A stretch of DNA of 64,000 nt from the human T2T-CHM13v2.0 reference genome, Homo sapiens. Position numbers and translations under genes: made by a program. Below the pieces are notes generated by a model that was not told where the DNA came from, did no database searches, and saw only the letters and a program-made list of their open reading frames with translations. The DNA lies in the NCBI RefSeq assembly GCF_009914755.1, contig NC_060937.1. One strand, written 5' to 3'. This document shows positions 40,391-61,379 of this stretch, piece by piece; the first letter of the stretch is position 1, and each line of letters starts with the position of its first letter.

Positions 40391-42442
40391 TAAGAAGAGG
40401 TATTCTTGTGTGACACTTTTATTTCAGAGACATGTGTGGGTGGGTGGGTGCAGTGGCCCTGTAGTGTGTATAAAATAATTCTAACTTACTGCATCATTAA
40501 GTGAAAATAGAACAGTACCAACTTCATAAGATTTTGTGATAATAAACTGATTTAATGCATGTGTATCAGTTAAAGTCCCAGAAAAAATATAAAACCTAAC
40601 CTAAGTAAAATAATAAAGAAGTTAAAGATGAGGCACTTGTTATGAAGGTATTATAAATGTTGAAGTGATAAACTGAAAAATAAGGTCCCACAGAGCTTAA
40701 TAGAGAGGAGCCAATGTCTTCCCTAGGGGCTGAAAGATAAAGGGTGGTTGTGGTATCTGGAGCTGGAGTTGGGAAGACAGAAGGAGAAGGTTGTAGGCAG
40801 GAAATTGGAATCATGATTCCAGCCCTGCTACATCAGAAGGCACTGACTTTACTCCACTTGTTTTTCTTCAGCCTCCCTCTGGAGCCTCCCATGCCAAAAC
40901 CTAACTAAAAACAAGTTTGCAAAAGAATGGAATAAATTCAATTTTCAGGAGGTATCCTGCTATAATACAGAAGAGTAAGAAAGGATAGGGAACTGATCTA
41001 AGAAGAAATATTATGGTCAGCACAACATACAAAGGGTTAAAAATACAAACAACTATTAACTAAATATGCTATTATATTTCCACATGCTTTGTTTCAACCA
41101 TGTAGTGTTGATTCTTCTCAGGGTGCTTGAAAATGTCATCAGCTGGTAAGGAACTCACATAGAATACATAACACAAAAGTAGCCAGTCTCTCCCATTACA
41201 CTGCAAGTGCCTAGTCTGTGTCTCATTCAATGGTATATCTCCAGGTACTGGCAGGTTACTCAGCAAACAGTCTTTCAATGAATGTTTTGTTATTGAAAAC
41301 AACATAATGCATTTTATTCAAATGAATATGAGTAATCTATTCTCTGTAACGTTTCTGGCACTGATTATGTTCAGGATATCAGAACTTCCCTTTAGGTCAG
41401 CCAACTGTTCTTCTCTCATTCTTTCTTGATTCCACCTGATGCAACACTTCCTTTAATTAAAATGTATAAATATGACAAACTATTTAAATGCTTCTTTTCA
41501 CTTATGAGATACTCTGACATGATGCCACTATCTGTTTTCAACCTAATTTTCCAGCTTCATGTTTTCCTTCTGCTCAAGTACATTCAGTCTGTTCAAATAC
41601 ATTCAACTCTTTAATGCACATACTATCCCCTCTTATGGAATATCTTTCAGTATTGCTCTGTCAGCTACCTAGTGGCAACTACTCATTCAAGTTTCAATTC
41701 AACCTCTTGATGAAGACCTTTTTTGTTTCCTCAGGAGAAATTATGTCATATTTTTTTCATTGTACTTATTTCTACTAGAGCTCTGTGTTGGTTACATATC
41801 TTTACTTATCAGTGGTTTTTATCCTTATCTGCACATTAAAATCACCTGGAGATTAACAATCAAAATAGGCCTGTATATATCACAAAATTGAAATGATAAT
41901 TTATAACCTTCCGAAACAGAAAGCACCATGCCCAGATGGATTTACTAGTAAATTCTATCAAATATTTAAGGAAGAAATTATAGCAATTCCCTATAATCAA
42001 TTACAGAAGACAGAAGCAAAAGGAATACTTCCTCACATTATTCTATGAGGTCAACATCACCACAATACCAAAACTAGACAAAGACATCACAAGGAAAGAA
42101 AACCACAGAATGATATCTTTTATGAATGGTGACATAAAAATCTTTAACAAAACACTAAATTCAATAACGTATAAAAAGAACTATATAGCATGATCAAGTT
42201 GTGTACGTTTGGGTCAACATGAAAAACACAATATAACCCATCACATCAATAGAAAGAAAAATCACCTACTCATATCAATAGATGGAGAAAAAGCATTTGA
42301 CAAAATTTAACGCTTATTCATGATAAAAAGGCTCAGTAATCTAGGAATAGAGGGAACTTCCTCAACTTGATAAAGAATGCTTACGTAAAACATAGAGCTA
42401 ATATCACAGTTAATGGTGAGAAACTAGAATATTTTTCACTAA

Positions 42443-42764
<322 letters not shown>

Positions 42765-42970
42765 GGATGTTCCCTTTGCTATTCCTTTTCAGGATCACAC
42801 TAAAATGTCTAGTTACCATAATAAGACAAGAATATGGAAGAAAATAATATCATACAGTGATGAGGAAGGAACAGATAAAACTGTCTTTGCTTACAGATAA
42901 TGTGATTGTCTGTGTCAAAAATACAAAATAATAGAATTTTTAAAAAACTTATGGAAATAATAAGCAATTA

Positions 42971-43509
<539 letters not shown>

Positions 43510-44046
43510 TCATAAGACTCACTATTGTCAAGATGTCAGTTTTTCCCAATATGATCAATAGATTCAATGTAATTCCAATTAAAATCTCAGCAGTTATTTT
43601 GTAGATATTGAAAATCTGACCCTGAAGTTTATAAAGCGAGGCAAAAGACTCAGAATAACCAACATAATATTGAAGGACCAAGTTGAGAGAGTGACACTAT
43701 GTGACTCAAAATTTACTATAATGCTATAGTAATCAAGATCATGTAGTATTGGTGAAAGAATAAACACATACGTTAATGGAACAGAATAAAGAGCCCAAAA
43801 CCAAATTCGTGTAAATAGTCAACTGATATTCAAATAGTCAAAGGAGCAATGGCAATGGTAATACAATGGAGAAAAAAATAGTCATTTCAACAAATTCTGC
43901 TGGAACAACTGGCCATTCACATACTAAAAAACAAAAGCTAAACAAAACAAAATAAAGCAAAATAAAGAATCTAAATACAGACCTTACACATTTCACAAAA
44001 ATTAACTCAAAATAAATAACAGATCTAAATGTAAAATATAAAACTA

Positions 44047-44370
<324 letters not shown>

Positions 44371-45481
44371 AAACTATAAAACTAGAAGATAACTTGTGAA
44401 AAAATTTAGATGACCTTATGTTAGCAGTCACTTTTTAGATTCAATACCACAGACATGATATGTAGATATGTGGTATGAAATAATTGATAAGTTGGACTGC
44501 ACTAAGATTTAAAAATATGCTCTGCAGAGACACTGTCAAGAGAATGAAAACAAAAGCCACAGATGAAGAGACAATATTTGCAAAAAGCAAATGGGATATA
44601 AAGGACTACTAAATAAAATTTTCAAGAAACTCTTAAAATGCAAGTGTAAGAAAACAAATAGCTCGATTAATAAATGGACCTTAACAGATACTTCACCAAT
44701 GCACATGGCAAAAAGGGGGTCACATTATCAGGGATATCCAAATTAAAACAGCAATGAGATATCACTATGTACCTATTACAATAACCAAAATCCAGAACAC
44801 TGACATCAAATGCCAGTGAGAATGTAAAACAACAGGAACTCTCACTCATTGCTGATGGGAATGAAAATTGGTATTCTTTACAAAACTAAACATACTCTTA
44901 CCATATGACTCAGCAATCACAGTTTTTGTTTTTTTTTAAAGGGGGTTGAAAATTCATGCCATGACAGAAAGCTGTATAAGGATGTTCATAGCTGTTTTAT
45001 GCATAATTGCTAAAACTTGGAAGGAACCAAGATGTCCTTCAGTAAATTAGTGGCTACATAAACTGTGGTACATTTAGACGATGGAATGTTACTCGGTGCT
45101 AAAAAATAAATGAGTTATCAATCCGTAAGAAAACATGGAGGAAAATTGAATACATATTATTAAGTGAAGGAAGCAAATTGGAAAATGCTACATACTGTAT
45201 GATTCCAACTATATGACATCCTGGAAAGGGCAACTATGGAGACAGTGAAAATATCAATGGTTGCAAAAGACTAGGAGGCAGAGAAGGATGAATAGATGTA
45301 ACACAGAAGATACTTAGGGTGGTAAAATATTATGTATAGTATTATGGCGATTCATTTCATTACACATTTATCCAAACTCATTAAATGTATAACACAAAAG
45401 GTGAACTCTAATGTAAACTGGACTTTGGGTGACAGTGATATGCCAATGTATTTTATCAATTTTAACAAAGTACCACTGTAT

Positions 45482-46321
45482 TGAAACTGCCTTTATAAGA
45501 TTTTAAAAGGCCTCGATTAGAATTATGGTAGGAGCCTAAATTTTGGTAAGATATTTTCCTTTCTCTCTTTTTCTTACTCCATGCATGATTGCTTGCACAT
45601 AATCATTTCAATAAATAGTAGTCACTGGTAATAGATTATCTTCCTATTCTAGTCCCCAGGCAGGCTGCCCACACAATTAATAAACTTGTATTTTTCTTTT
45701 AAAGAACATTGATCCTTAGATCACGCAGCCCCCTTGGATGGCTTCCCGGAGTTGAACTGGGTAAATGTGGGGTGATATGCCTGCAGCTTTAACCACGAGG
45801 AGCTCTTTTCTGCTTAGCTATAGGCATAGTTAAATGATATCCCACCATTGTTTGCCAGCTTGGCTTCTGTAGTAACCAGCAGGCACAAACACTATTGTAA
45901 AACCTAACACTTGGTTTTGAGATATTTTTCAGACTTTGCCTACAAGTTGACAAACTGACACCAACAGGACTTGTGGCCTGTGTCAAGCAAGGACTTGTCA
46001 AGATTAGCCAAGCAAGGACTTGACTAATCTTATAACTCTCTCCCTTCCTGGGAATTGATTCAGCGCATGAAGACAGCCTTGTCACCGCTATAATTTCATT
46101 CCGGACCAATCAGCAGCATCTATCTCCTAACCCCACTGCCCAACAAATCATCTTAAAAAATCTAGTCTCTGAAGTCTCAGGGAGGCAGCCTTGAGAAATA
46201 TCTCCCATCCTCCTTGCTGAGTTGCCTTGCAATAATTAAATTCTATCTTTAATATAGTACCTGCTGTCTCAGTGTTTAGCTTCATCTGGACAGTCAGCAT
46301 GGCTCTAGTCAGGTGATAACC
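45482..46321 (+). mobile_element. ERV1 MER4-group solo LTR (LTR8-related) in the L1MC 3'UTR
   Basis: TGAAACTGCCTTT start; shares CACTATTGTAAAACCTAA..TTGAGATATTTTTCAGACTTTG with the LTR at 4895; ends GGTGATAAC. Confidence 0.75.
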
Positions 46322-46615
46322 CTGTTGGGAGTGGTGATTTGATGATGGAGAAAGCTATGCATGTATAGAGGCAGGGAGTATATGAGGTGTCTGTACCTTT
46401 TTCTCAATTTTGCTGTGAACCTTAAACTACTCTAAACAAATATTTTACAAAACTCACCGGGGGATTTAAAATAGCTTGAAGCATTGATCATATCTGTAAC
46501 AATTATATCAGAATCTCTGGGGTGTAATCCAGGCATTAGTAGTTGAACCTAGGCATCAGTAATTTTAATGCCTTCCAAGTAATGTCTATGTCAAGTTTGC
46601 AGAGCACCCTACTAG

Positions 46616-46996
<381 letters not shown>

Positions 46997-47998
46997 TGGG
47001 CTTCAGTACTTCTTATAGCAATTTCTAAAACATAGCAGGCCATCAGAAATATTACCTAAATAAAGTAGAGAATATATACATTTACTCAAGTATAAAATTT
47101 ATATCCTACTTTTAAAATTGAACTTAAAGAGACTATGGTAATATCATTGGCTTAAATGAACTCTCTTTAATCCTCTTTTAGAAGTGGTTAAATGTGGATA
47201 CACTAAAAAAATAATAATCAAACAGTCTGGCTACAGTGATTACATTCACTGATTAAGCTTAGGAAAATTCTCAATCACTCTCCTAGGAATGTATATCTAG
47301 ATGAACTGTTACATTATTATTAGGGGATTTAAGTGCACTATACATACTGATATATTAAGAAGTTCATTCAAATGACTTATGAATCATTTACTGCCTTGGA
47401 TTCACTGATTTAATATGATCTATTATGACATATCATACCCATGTTTTGTATTTATTATGTTGAATACAATTTTTCCAGAAAATTGACAATAAAGTAATCT
47501 TCACAGACCTTTGATGATTTTTTTCCTTAGGCAAATATTTCAATATACACTTATTTTAGAAAAATGTCTTGATGAAGCCAAGTTTATGGGTTTTTAACTT
47601 TTTTCATCTGAAATTTTGTCTATGGATTCTTGGCCATCTTAATTGTCATTCAGTGAAAATGGGGGGAAAGAAAAAGAAAAGGCTTACTGGATTTTTTAAA
47701 ATGACTGCTTGAAACACGCATTTAGAGAAGGGAATGAAAGAATGTTGACAAAAGGAATCTCAGTCTTAGGACTTTATCAATTAAGTAGAAAGATTGTGGG
47801 GAAGAAAGCATTTTTCTAAATAAGTACTTTAATCTAGAGAGACAGAAATGATGGGGAAAAAGTTTGAGTTCATGCTTGAAGCCAATATTTCTGCCACTGA
47901 TTAGATATCAAAAAAAGAAGAAAAAAAGTACAGTATGTTAAAACAATGCACAGCAGATCTCATTGATATTATGTAAACTGTCTTTCACCATTTCTACC

Positions 47999-48303
47999 TT
48001 TTTTTTTTTTTTTTTTTTTTTTGAGACTGTGTTTCATTCTGTCACCCAGCCTGGAGTGCAGTGGCGCAATCTCGGCTCGCTGTAACCTCCACCTCTTGGG
48101 TTGAAATGATTCTCCTGCCTCAGCCTCCAGAGTAGCTGGGACTACAGGTGTGAGCCACCTGTACAAAAATTAACACCCGGCTAATTTTTGTACTTTTAGT
48201 AGAGAGGGGATTTCACCACGTTAGCCTGGCTGGTCTCGAACTCCTGACCTCAGGCATTCTGCCTACCTTGGCTTCCCAAAGTACTGGGATTGCAGGCATG
48301 GGC
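47999..48303 (-). mobile_element. AluS, slightly 5'-truncated, with internal inverted insertion
   Basis: Poly-T followed by Alu dimer; extra TGTACAAAAATTAA before the linker. Confidence 0.93.
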
Positions 48304-50514
48304 CCACCATTCCTTCTTGATGAACTAAAGAAGAGAAAGTATCAAAGGGCAAATATAGTATAAATACAAATGGTGCATTGACCTTTAAAAAAAGAGGTAA
48401 TAAAGGTCAACCAAACTATCAATTAAAGAGAAAGATTTTATTTTATATTTAACAAAAAATGAAAAATGTATTGGCTGAGTGACAACTAATGTTGTGGTCA
48501 TTGAAAAAGTAGAAGAACTCCTGGGAAGGCCACCGGATATATAAGCAGTAAACTTTAAGATATATTGAACAGCATGTATTATTTCTATATTAAACCCAGA
48601 GAGAGTAAACAAAAAAAAATTAATAAATAACATCATTCTCAAGTGTCTAGCTAAGTGGAGCATACAGACAGGCCTATCATACAAGTCATTAATTAGGGCA
48701 TTTTCTTTTTCTTTTTAAAGATATATGCAGCATAATGTCACTAGAAAGGGAAATAATTAAGAACATTTTTAAAAAGAATAATAAAAATTTTCAAATTCTG
48801 ATTTTGGCAGGGTTAGGAAACAAAATTATTTGGATACAAAGAATCATTGAACTATTAACTTGTAACTAGGAGGAATGAAAGGATAATTATTTCTGATATG
48901 ATGAGGCTCTATTTACAAGGCTTTTGGTTATGAATTGAGACATGCCATTCATGTATTCAGGTCACCTCTTTTTTCAATTGATTTCTCTTGAGTTCTCAGG
49001 TAATACCTTTATTTTCCTGTGCCATTTACTTTACTCAAATCAGAAAATATGTTTTGATTAAAGTGCTTTATAACTGCTCAGGCTCTTATCCAGTTTCTAG
49101 ATCATTCACTTTGCTCGGTTTTTCCCTGTCATGAAAATTCAACTTTCCTTTTTCCAGTGAGAAATGTCAATGTTCTTCCCAAGTGTGATGTGGACAGTGA
49201 GTGCCTGATTGTCCTTTTCTCTCAAGTGCCTTGCATGTGATAATGGTATAATAAACTGAAGTTCTCCCCGTTCTTCCGGGAAAAATGATCTCCTTAGAAC
49301 CTTATTTTATCTATTGAAGCCAGTTCATTCTTAGAAGCCTTATCTTTGTATCAGCTTCGGCCTTCACAAATAAGAACTAAGATACAGTAATCTGCTGCCC
49401 CATGTTATTCTATATTATTTCCAAAGGGCTGTTCATAAAAGGCCTTTCTTGGTGAGCCCAGAAATATCAGTTACAGTGATTGATGACTCTCTATAAAAGA
49501 AAGTAAAAATATCTTCAAGTTCTCTCAGAAGAAAAATACTACCCACATGAAAGATATTTGGATCTGGCCCTTCTGCTGAACCCTTTCTTGGCTCAGAAGG
49601 AACTCTCACATCTCTCATATTCCTCAGCAGTGTCCTTTCAGAGCTTTGAAGTAATGATCCCATCAATCCTTTCTGCCTGCATCTAATCTCCAGTATTTAG
49701 AAATCTTGGAGCAAGCTCCAGATTTCAGTTTGCTTAATTCTCTATGTGTATGATAATACCTACCAGAAACACCGCTGGCAATTTCATGCTTTTTAATGGT
49801 AGGTAGGAAAGATTAAATCTATAATAGTAGCAATCGAAAATGGCATAGAAAGGCAAGATTATGTGTGAGTGTGAACTCTAATTTACTCACAATGTTAAGA
49901 TATATGTTTATACACATAAGCACATATATAGGTATGTCTATATAGGTTTACATAGTTACATAGAGTAATGAGTCATCAAATATCTATTAAATAATATTTA
50001 TATTAAAAAATTTGTCAAGTCATTGAAGGTACAAAACATATTATATGGACCCAGTGCCTGCTACAATCACCTTACATTCTGGTAGGAATTCTAATAAGTA
50101 CAAGAAACAACTATAGAACATGTTTGCACATTTTACCTATTAATGGAATTGCAGAATAATATATACAAAATGTTCACAGAACAAACTGAACAAATTGACC
50201 TGTTTTTAAGGAGGGATTATGTCATGGAGAAATGTAATAATTTATTAAAAATGGATCAAGACTATTAAATCACAAATAAAGCATACAGATTATTAAGCCA
50301 ATATTCAAATCCTTAGAGTGAAATTGTAATTTATATTAACATAATTATTTTCAATTGAAACATAAAAATTCTAATTATGTTTTGATTTTAATTTATTTAG
50401 TTCTCAGTCAAATCTACATTGTAAAAAATGAATAACCTATGCATGGTATATGTGATATTTTCTAAGTAGCCACAATATTTGAATAACTCAAGTGTCCCAT
50501 TCACCTGCAATAAT

Positions 50515-50690
50515 AATGTAATAATAATTATAATAGCTGTTCCAGGCACCAGATTTATATGATCTCATGTAATTCTCACTTGACATGTGAGAAAGCTGTG
50601 GTCAGTAAAGAAAACAAAATTTTCAAGTTTGCATAGGTAGTAAGAATCAGTTCACACTGTTCTCTGTACAGATAAACTGTCTGCTTCTGG
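50515..50690 (-). mobile_element. MIR fragment
   Basis: AATAATAGCT...ATCTCATGTAATTCTCAC...GAGAAAGCTGTGG. Confidence 0.5.
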
Positions 50691-51637
50691 TAGGACACAA
50701 AATTACCAGAGAGATTTACATACCGTTGAGATAAAGATAATTAATTATACTGTTTATTTGCTTCTTCTTAATATTAGCAATATGTCCCAATTTATGCAAT
50801 CTTTAATTGACTTATTCTAAATCTTCTTTAAAAGGTAATCTGTCTTTTTCACATAACTGTTCATGTCGATATTTTTAATGTTTCTAAATACTTTAGCTAA
50901 CATTAAGCTTTTCTTATTGAATGTTATAAGTATGTAGCTGAGTTCTATTAATATCAGGATTTTCTTACAAAATAGCATACTCATATTACTATTGTCCCTT
51001 CAATCTATATTTTTCTTTTCTTCTAATGTGGCACTCCTGCTCTCGTGACCCAGAACCATTTATATTACAATTCAAAACCAATGACAAATATGATGTAAAA
51101 TTAGCAGGATAATTCCAAATAAGGCTAGCCATAAATATGCAAGAGCAAAAAGATAAATCTATTTTTAAATATTCAAATTTTGTTATAAATTGTCTCTATT
51201 TTTTCTCTGTAATCTGGGTACATGTATCTAGAAAACCTTAAATTCACATTTTCAATCTCATGAAAAATTTTGGCATAATTATAGACAATTCCTCCAAATA
51301 ATTAAAATAAGAATTTAGCTATTTATTTTGTCTTTCCAACAACCATTTGTTACATTTTAACATATGAACTCTCTACTTTTTTATGGGTTCTACAGAGAGA
51401 CATGCAACAATTTGTTTTTAAAAGGCACCTTTCCCCAAACTAATGCATTTTGGCACAAACTACCAAAACCACAAATAGCACACCTAGCTGCCAAAGTCAT
51501 TCTGTGAATCCATCAGTAGGACACTCTGCAGCAGGATTAATCTGTCCTCAGGAACAGAGTTCACATTTGACGATGCCTAGACTAGGAATCAAAAAAGTCA
51601 AGCTTTCTTAATATTGGTCTCGGCTCATTGCACAGAC

Positions 51638-51987
<350 letters not shown>

Positions 51988-52065
51988 TAAGATTAAGTTA
52001 GCATAAGCTGCTTTTATTTAAACATAAACAAAAATACACAAATGGTAAGATATTATTCATTGTTA

Positions 52066-53359
<1,294 letters not shown>

Positions 53360-53407
53360 TTATTTTGCTCATTAGTTGATGCAGTTTCTTCCTAGTCTCG
53401 ATGGTCT

Positions 53408-56960
<3,553 letters not shown>

Positions 56961-58164
56961 ACAATGAGATCACTTGGACACAGGAAGGGGAATATCACAC
57001 TCTGGGGACTGTGGTGGGGTCGGGGGAGGGGGGAGGGATAGCATTGGGAGATATACCTAATGCTAGATGACACGTTAGTGGGTGCAGCGCACCAGCATGG
57101 CACATGTATACATATGTAACTAACCTGCACAATGTGCACATGTACCCTAAAACTTAGAGTATAATAAAAAAAAAAAAATTAAAAAAAAAAAAAAAGAAGG
57201 TTTGAAATATAAACAGAATATTGCACTTAGCTTCTTCTATACCTATTTCAAACCTTCCCCCAAATCATAACTAATTCCACAATACAGCATTAGACTGCCT
57301 GGTTTTTAGTTCCCTCTGTAAGGGTTGTCTATCTAGATTTTTTTCTCCAAAAGATTGAATTATCTTTCTCTTAAATTGTTAAAATAATTTGAAATTAAAA
57401 CAGACTCTTCTGCAGGTGAGATGCAAAATGAAGTATTGTGAACATAATGAATGTCATATTATAGATTTGGTTATTGAGGAGTGATGTTTTCCTGGAGGAA
57501 TAGTGTGAGGTGCAGTGTAAATGTCTCACAGTAGTGTTGATCACTGAGAAATATGAATGACAATGGCCAGAAATGTTTGAGCAAATTTACCATACATGTA
57601 AGATAAATTACTGTACAACAGAGCTGTCGTGGAGAACCATTCACCAGTGGACACAAATATTTTGACCATAGGAATTAGATAAATGTATTGTTAATTAGAA
57701 ATTGAATTAATTTTCAAATGATGAACCAAAAATGTTTTGATTATTAAAATATATGAAGGTCTTTTTCTTAATTAGGATTATTTTTCTGGCTATAACATTT
57801 TTCAATAAAGTAATAATAACTATATTTTTCAAATCTAAAAAATTACACAAATGTTTGTTTATAACAATTTTCCTCATCTAGATTTTTTGTTGTGTTAGGC
57901 ATTTAGTTGCAGTTCAAAATCAGAATTAATCTCAATTTATATAAAAATATGTGGTGGCTTTATTTGTGATTGCATTCACAAATTTTTCAAGATATTAAGG
58001 GGGGTGATTTTGGAGGAGGTTGCTTGTGTGTTTAAATAAGTTAAATCCAACTGGTTGGGAGAGGAAAGTTATTTAGAGTCCATATTTTTTTCATATTGTT
58101 TTGTCTCTCTAAAATTCAGAAACAGTGAACACACAGTAGCTAGGGCATCTCTAAGTATATAATA

Positions 58165-58390
58165 AACATTTATTAAGCAAATATTATGAAGTTGGTAGAA
58201 ACTGTACATGGATAAATTATCTCAATTATTCTCTAAACTAGTCTATATTTTACTTCAGAGATGCAGAAATTAAGTCATATGAAAAGAAGTAACTTGTTCA
58301 TGGTCAAACAGCAAGTTCAACTTTGAGCCAGGTTTTAGGTGCAAACTACCTGATTCGAGGGCTTGCTGCTTCACTTCTCAATGAGCCATC
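58165..58390 (-). mobile_element. MIR
   Basis: TTTTACTTCAGAGATGCAGAAATTAAG...AAGTAACTTGTTCATGGTCAAACAGCAAG. Confidence 0.6.
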
Positions 58391-60021
58391 TCTGATGCTT
58401 GATTTTCTCTCAGTAATATTCTGATAACTAATCCCTTTTGATATTTCTAATCATGACTTTCTATTAACTCAAATTTCTGTTTTTCATATCAGCTCTGGTG
58501 CTGAAAACAAAGGTAGCTACTTTGAAAATGAACATAGTCAAGATTATGAACAACCAGCCTTTTTAATGCAGAGACACCTACAAGAGCATCTCTACTTCTC
58601 TATGTAAAATTTATTGACTAAAAACGTTTCATTTTCCAAAACAATTACTTTATGAGACAATCCTCAGGAAATATAGTGAATAAATATTTTGTTACCCTAT
58701 TTCTTTGTATAGTCAGTCCCCACTGACTTATCCAGTACTCTTACGTTCAATTAACTCTCTTTTCCCCATTCTGTGTAGTACTTACAGTTGGTGTGCTAGG
58801 AAGCAGTCGCTTTTAGCCTGAGGCCTTAGTTGGAAGGAAAGCTGCAATGTGTCCTTTTTTTATTTTTATTTTTTATTTTTTTCAGGACTACAGAGAGAAA
58901 GCTATAGTGGGAATTTCTGTAATCTCAACATAAAGTTATGCTATATTGTCATCTACTCAGTGTTCTAGGAATAATTTCATTTTTTCCAAATAGGTATAAA
59001 GATAGGTATATAATATAAGAAACTAGAAAAGGGGGCCCTTGATGAGTAGGCAGAGTAAGATGGCAAAAATGAACCCTCAAACAATCATCATCTCAGTATG
59101 TACACCAAATTCAACAACCATCCAAGTCATCAGTCTCTGCCTGATGATCCAGGGAATTCTCCTGGATCTTACCCAAGACCACCAAAGCAGTACCTCTAGG
59201 AGTCTGCAAGAGTCACAGTGTTACTGGGCTTGGGATACCCTCTAATGTGCATGCAGCTGCAATGACCAAAGACTTAGATCACAACACACAATTCCCTTTG
59301 AATATCTGAAAAGCGTTCTTAGGAAGGTTGGGTACAAACAAGCCCAGATTGTGAAGATTAAAATAAATACCTAATTCTTTAATATTTGGATATTGATGAA
59401 ATACACAAGCATCAAGACCACCCAGGTAAACATGGCCTCACCAAATGACCTAAATGAGGCACCATTGATCAATTCTGTAGTGACAGATATATGTGTGACC
59501 CTTCAGACAGAGAATTTAAAATTACTCAGTGAAATCCAAGATAAGAAAGGAATTCAGAATCTTATCAGATAAACTTAGCCAAAAAATTGAAATAATTAAA
59601 AAGAAGCAGAAATTTGGGAGCTGAAAAATTCAGTTGAAAAACTGAAAAACGTATCAGTCTCTCGACAGTAAAATTGATCAAGCAGAAGAAGGAATTAGTG
59701 AGCTTGAAAACAGGCTATTTGAAAATACATACTCTGAGGAGTCAAAAGAAAAAAGAATTTTAAAAAGAGGCATGCCTACAGGATCTAGAAAATAGCCTCA
59801 AAATGGAAAATCCAAGAGTTATTGGCCTTAAAGAGGAGGTAGAGAGAGAGGTCTGGGTAGAAAAAATAAAGAGATAATAACAGAGAACTTTCCAAATCTA
59901 GAGAAAGATACCAATATTCAAGTGCAACAAGGTTTTAGAACATCAAGTAGATATAAACTAAATAAGACTAACTCAAGACGTTTAATAATCAAACTCCCAA
60001 AAGTCAAGGATAAAGAAAGAA

Positions 60022-60306
<285 letters not shown>

Positions 60307-61006
60307 TCTTAACAGCAGTAAGAGAAAAAAACAAAAACAACAACATGTAAAGGGGCTCCAATACACCTTTCAGCAGATTTCTCTGTGAAAACCTCACAGG
60401 CAAGGAGAGAGTTGCAAGATATAATTAACATGCTGAAGAAAAATGAAAACAAAAAAACTTTTATTCTAGAATACTATAGTAAGTGAAAATATTATTTAAA
60501 CATGAAAGTGAAATAAAGACTTTCCCAGACAAACAAAAGCTGAGGGATTTTGCCAACATAGACCTATCCTACAGGAAATGCTAAAAGGAGCTCTTCAGTC
60601 TGACAGAAAAGCATGTTAATGAGCAATAAGAAACCACCTGAAGGTACAAAACACCCTGGTAAAAGCAAGTACACAGACAAGTATATAAAATTATAATACT
60701 GTAATTGTGGTATACCAACTATTCATAACTGGAGTAGGAAGGCAAAAAGACAATTCTATGAAAAATAACAACTGCAACAACTTTTTAAGACATAGATATT
60801 GTAATAAGATACAGGCTAAAACAACAAGAAAGTAAAAAGTAGGTGGGATAAAGTTAAAGTACAGAATTTTTTATCAGTTTTCTCTTTTCTTGTTGCTTCA
60901 TTCATTTGTTTTTGTAATCAGAGTTAAGTTGTCGTTAGTTTAAAAAAAATGGGTTACAAAATAGTTTCAAGACTCATGGAAACCTCAAATCTAAAAATCT
61001 AAAACA

Positions 61007-61379
<373 letters not shown>

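Noticed and set aside
40560-41030. Possible ancient LTR fragment
   Set aside because: LTR-like composition, but I could not assign ends or family with confidence.
57005-57040. G-quadruplex-like G-tract
   Set aside because: Standard L1 3'UTR polypurine tract, not locus-specific.
57400-58890. Splice-like signals CTGCAG|GTGAG (57415) and poly-T-CAG|G (58885)
   Set aside because: Such motifs are common by chance in 64 kb, and no exon structure could be built.
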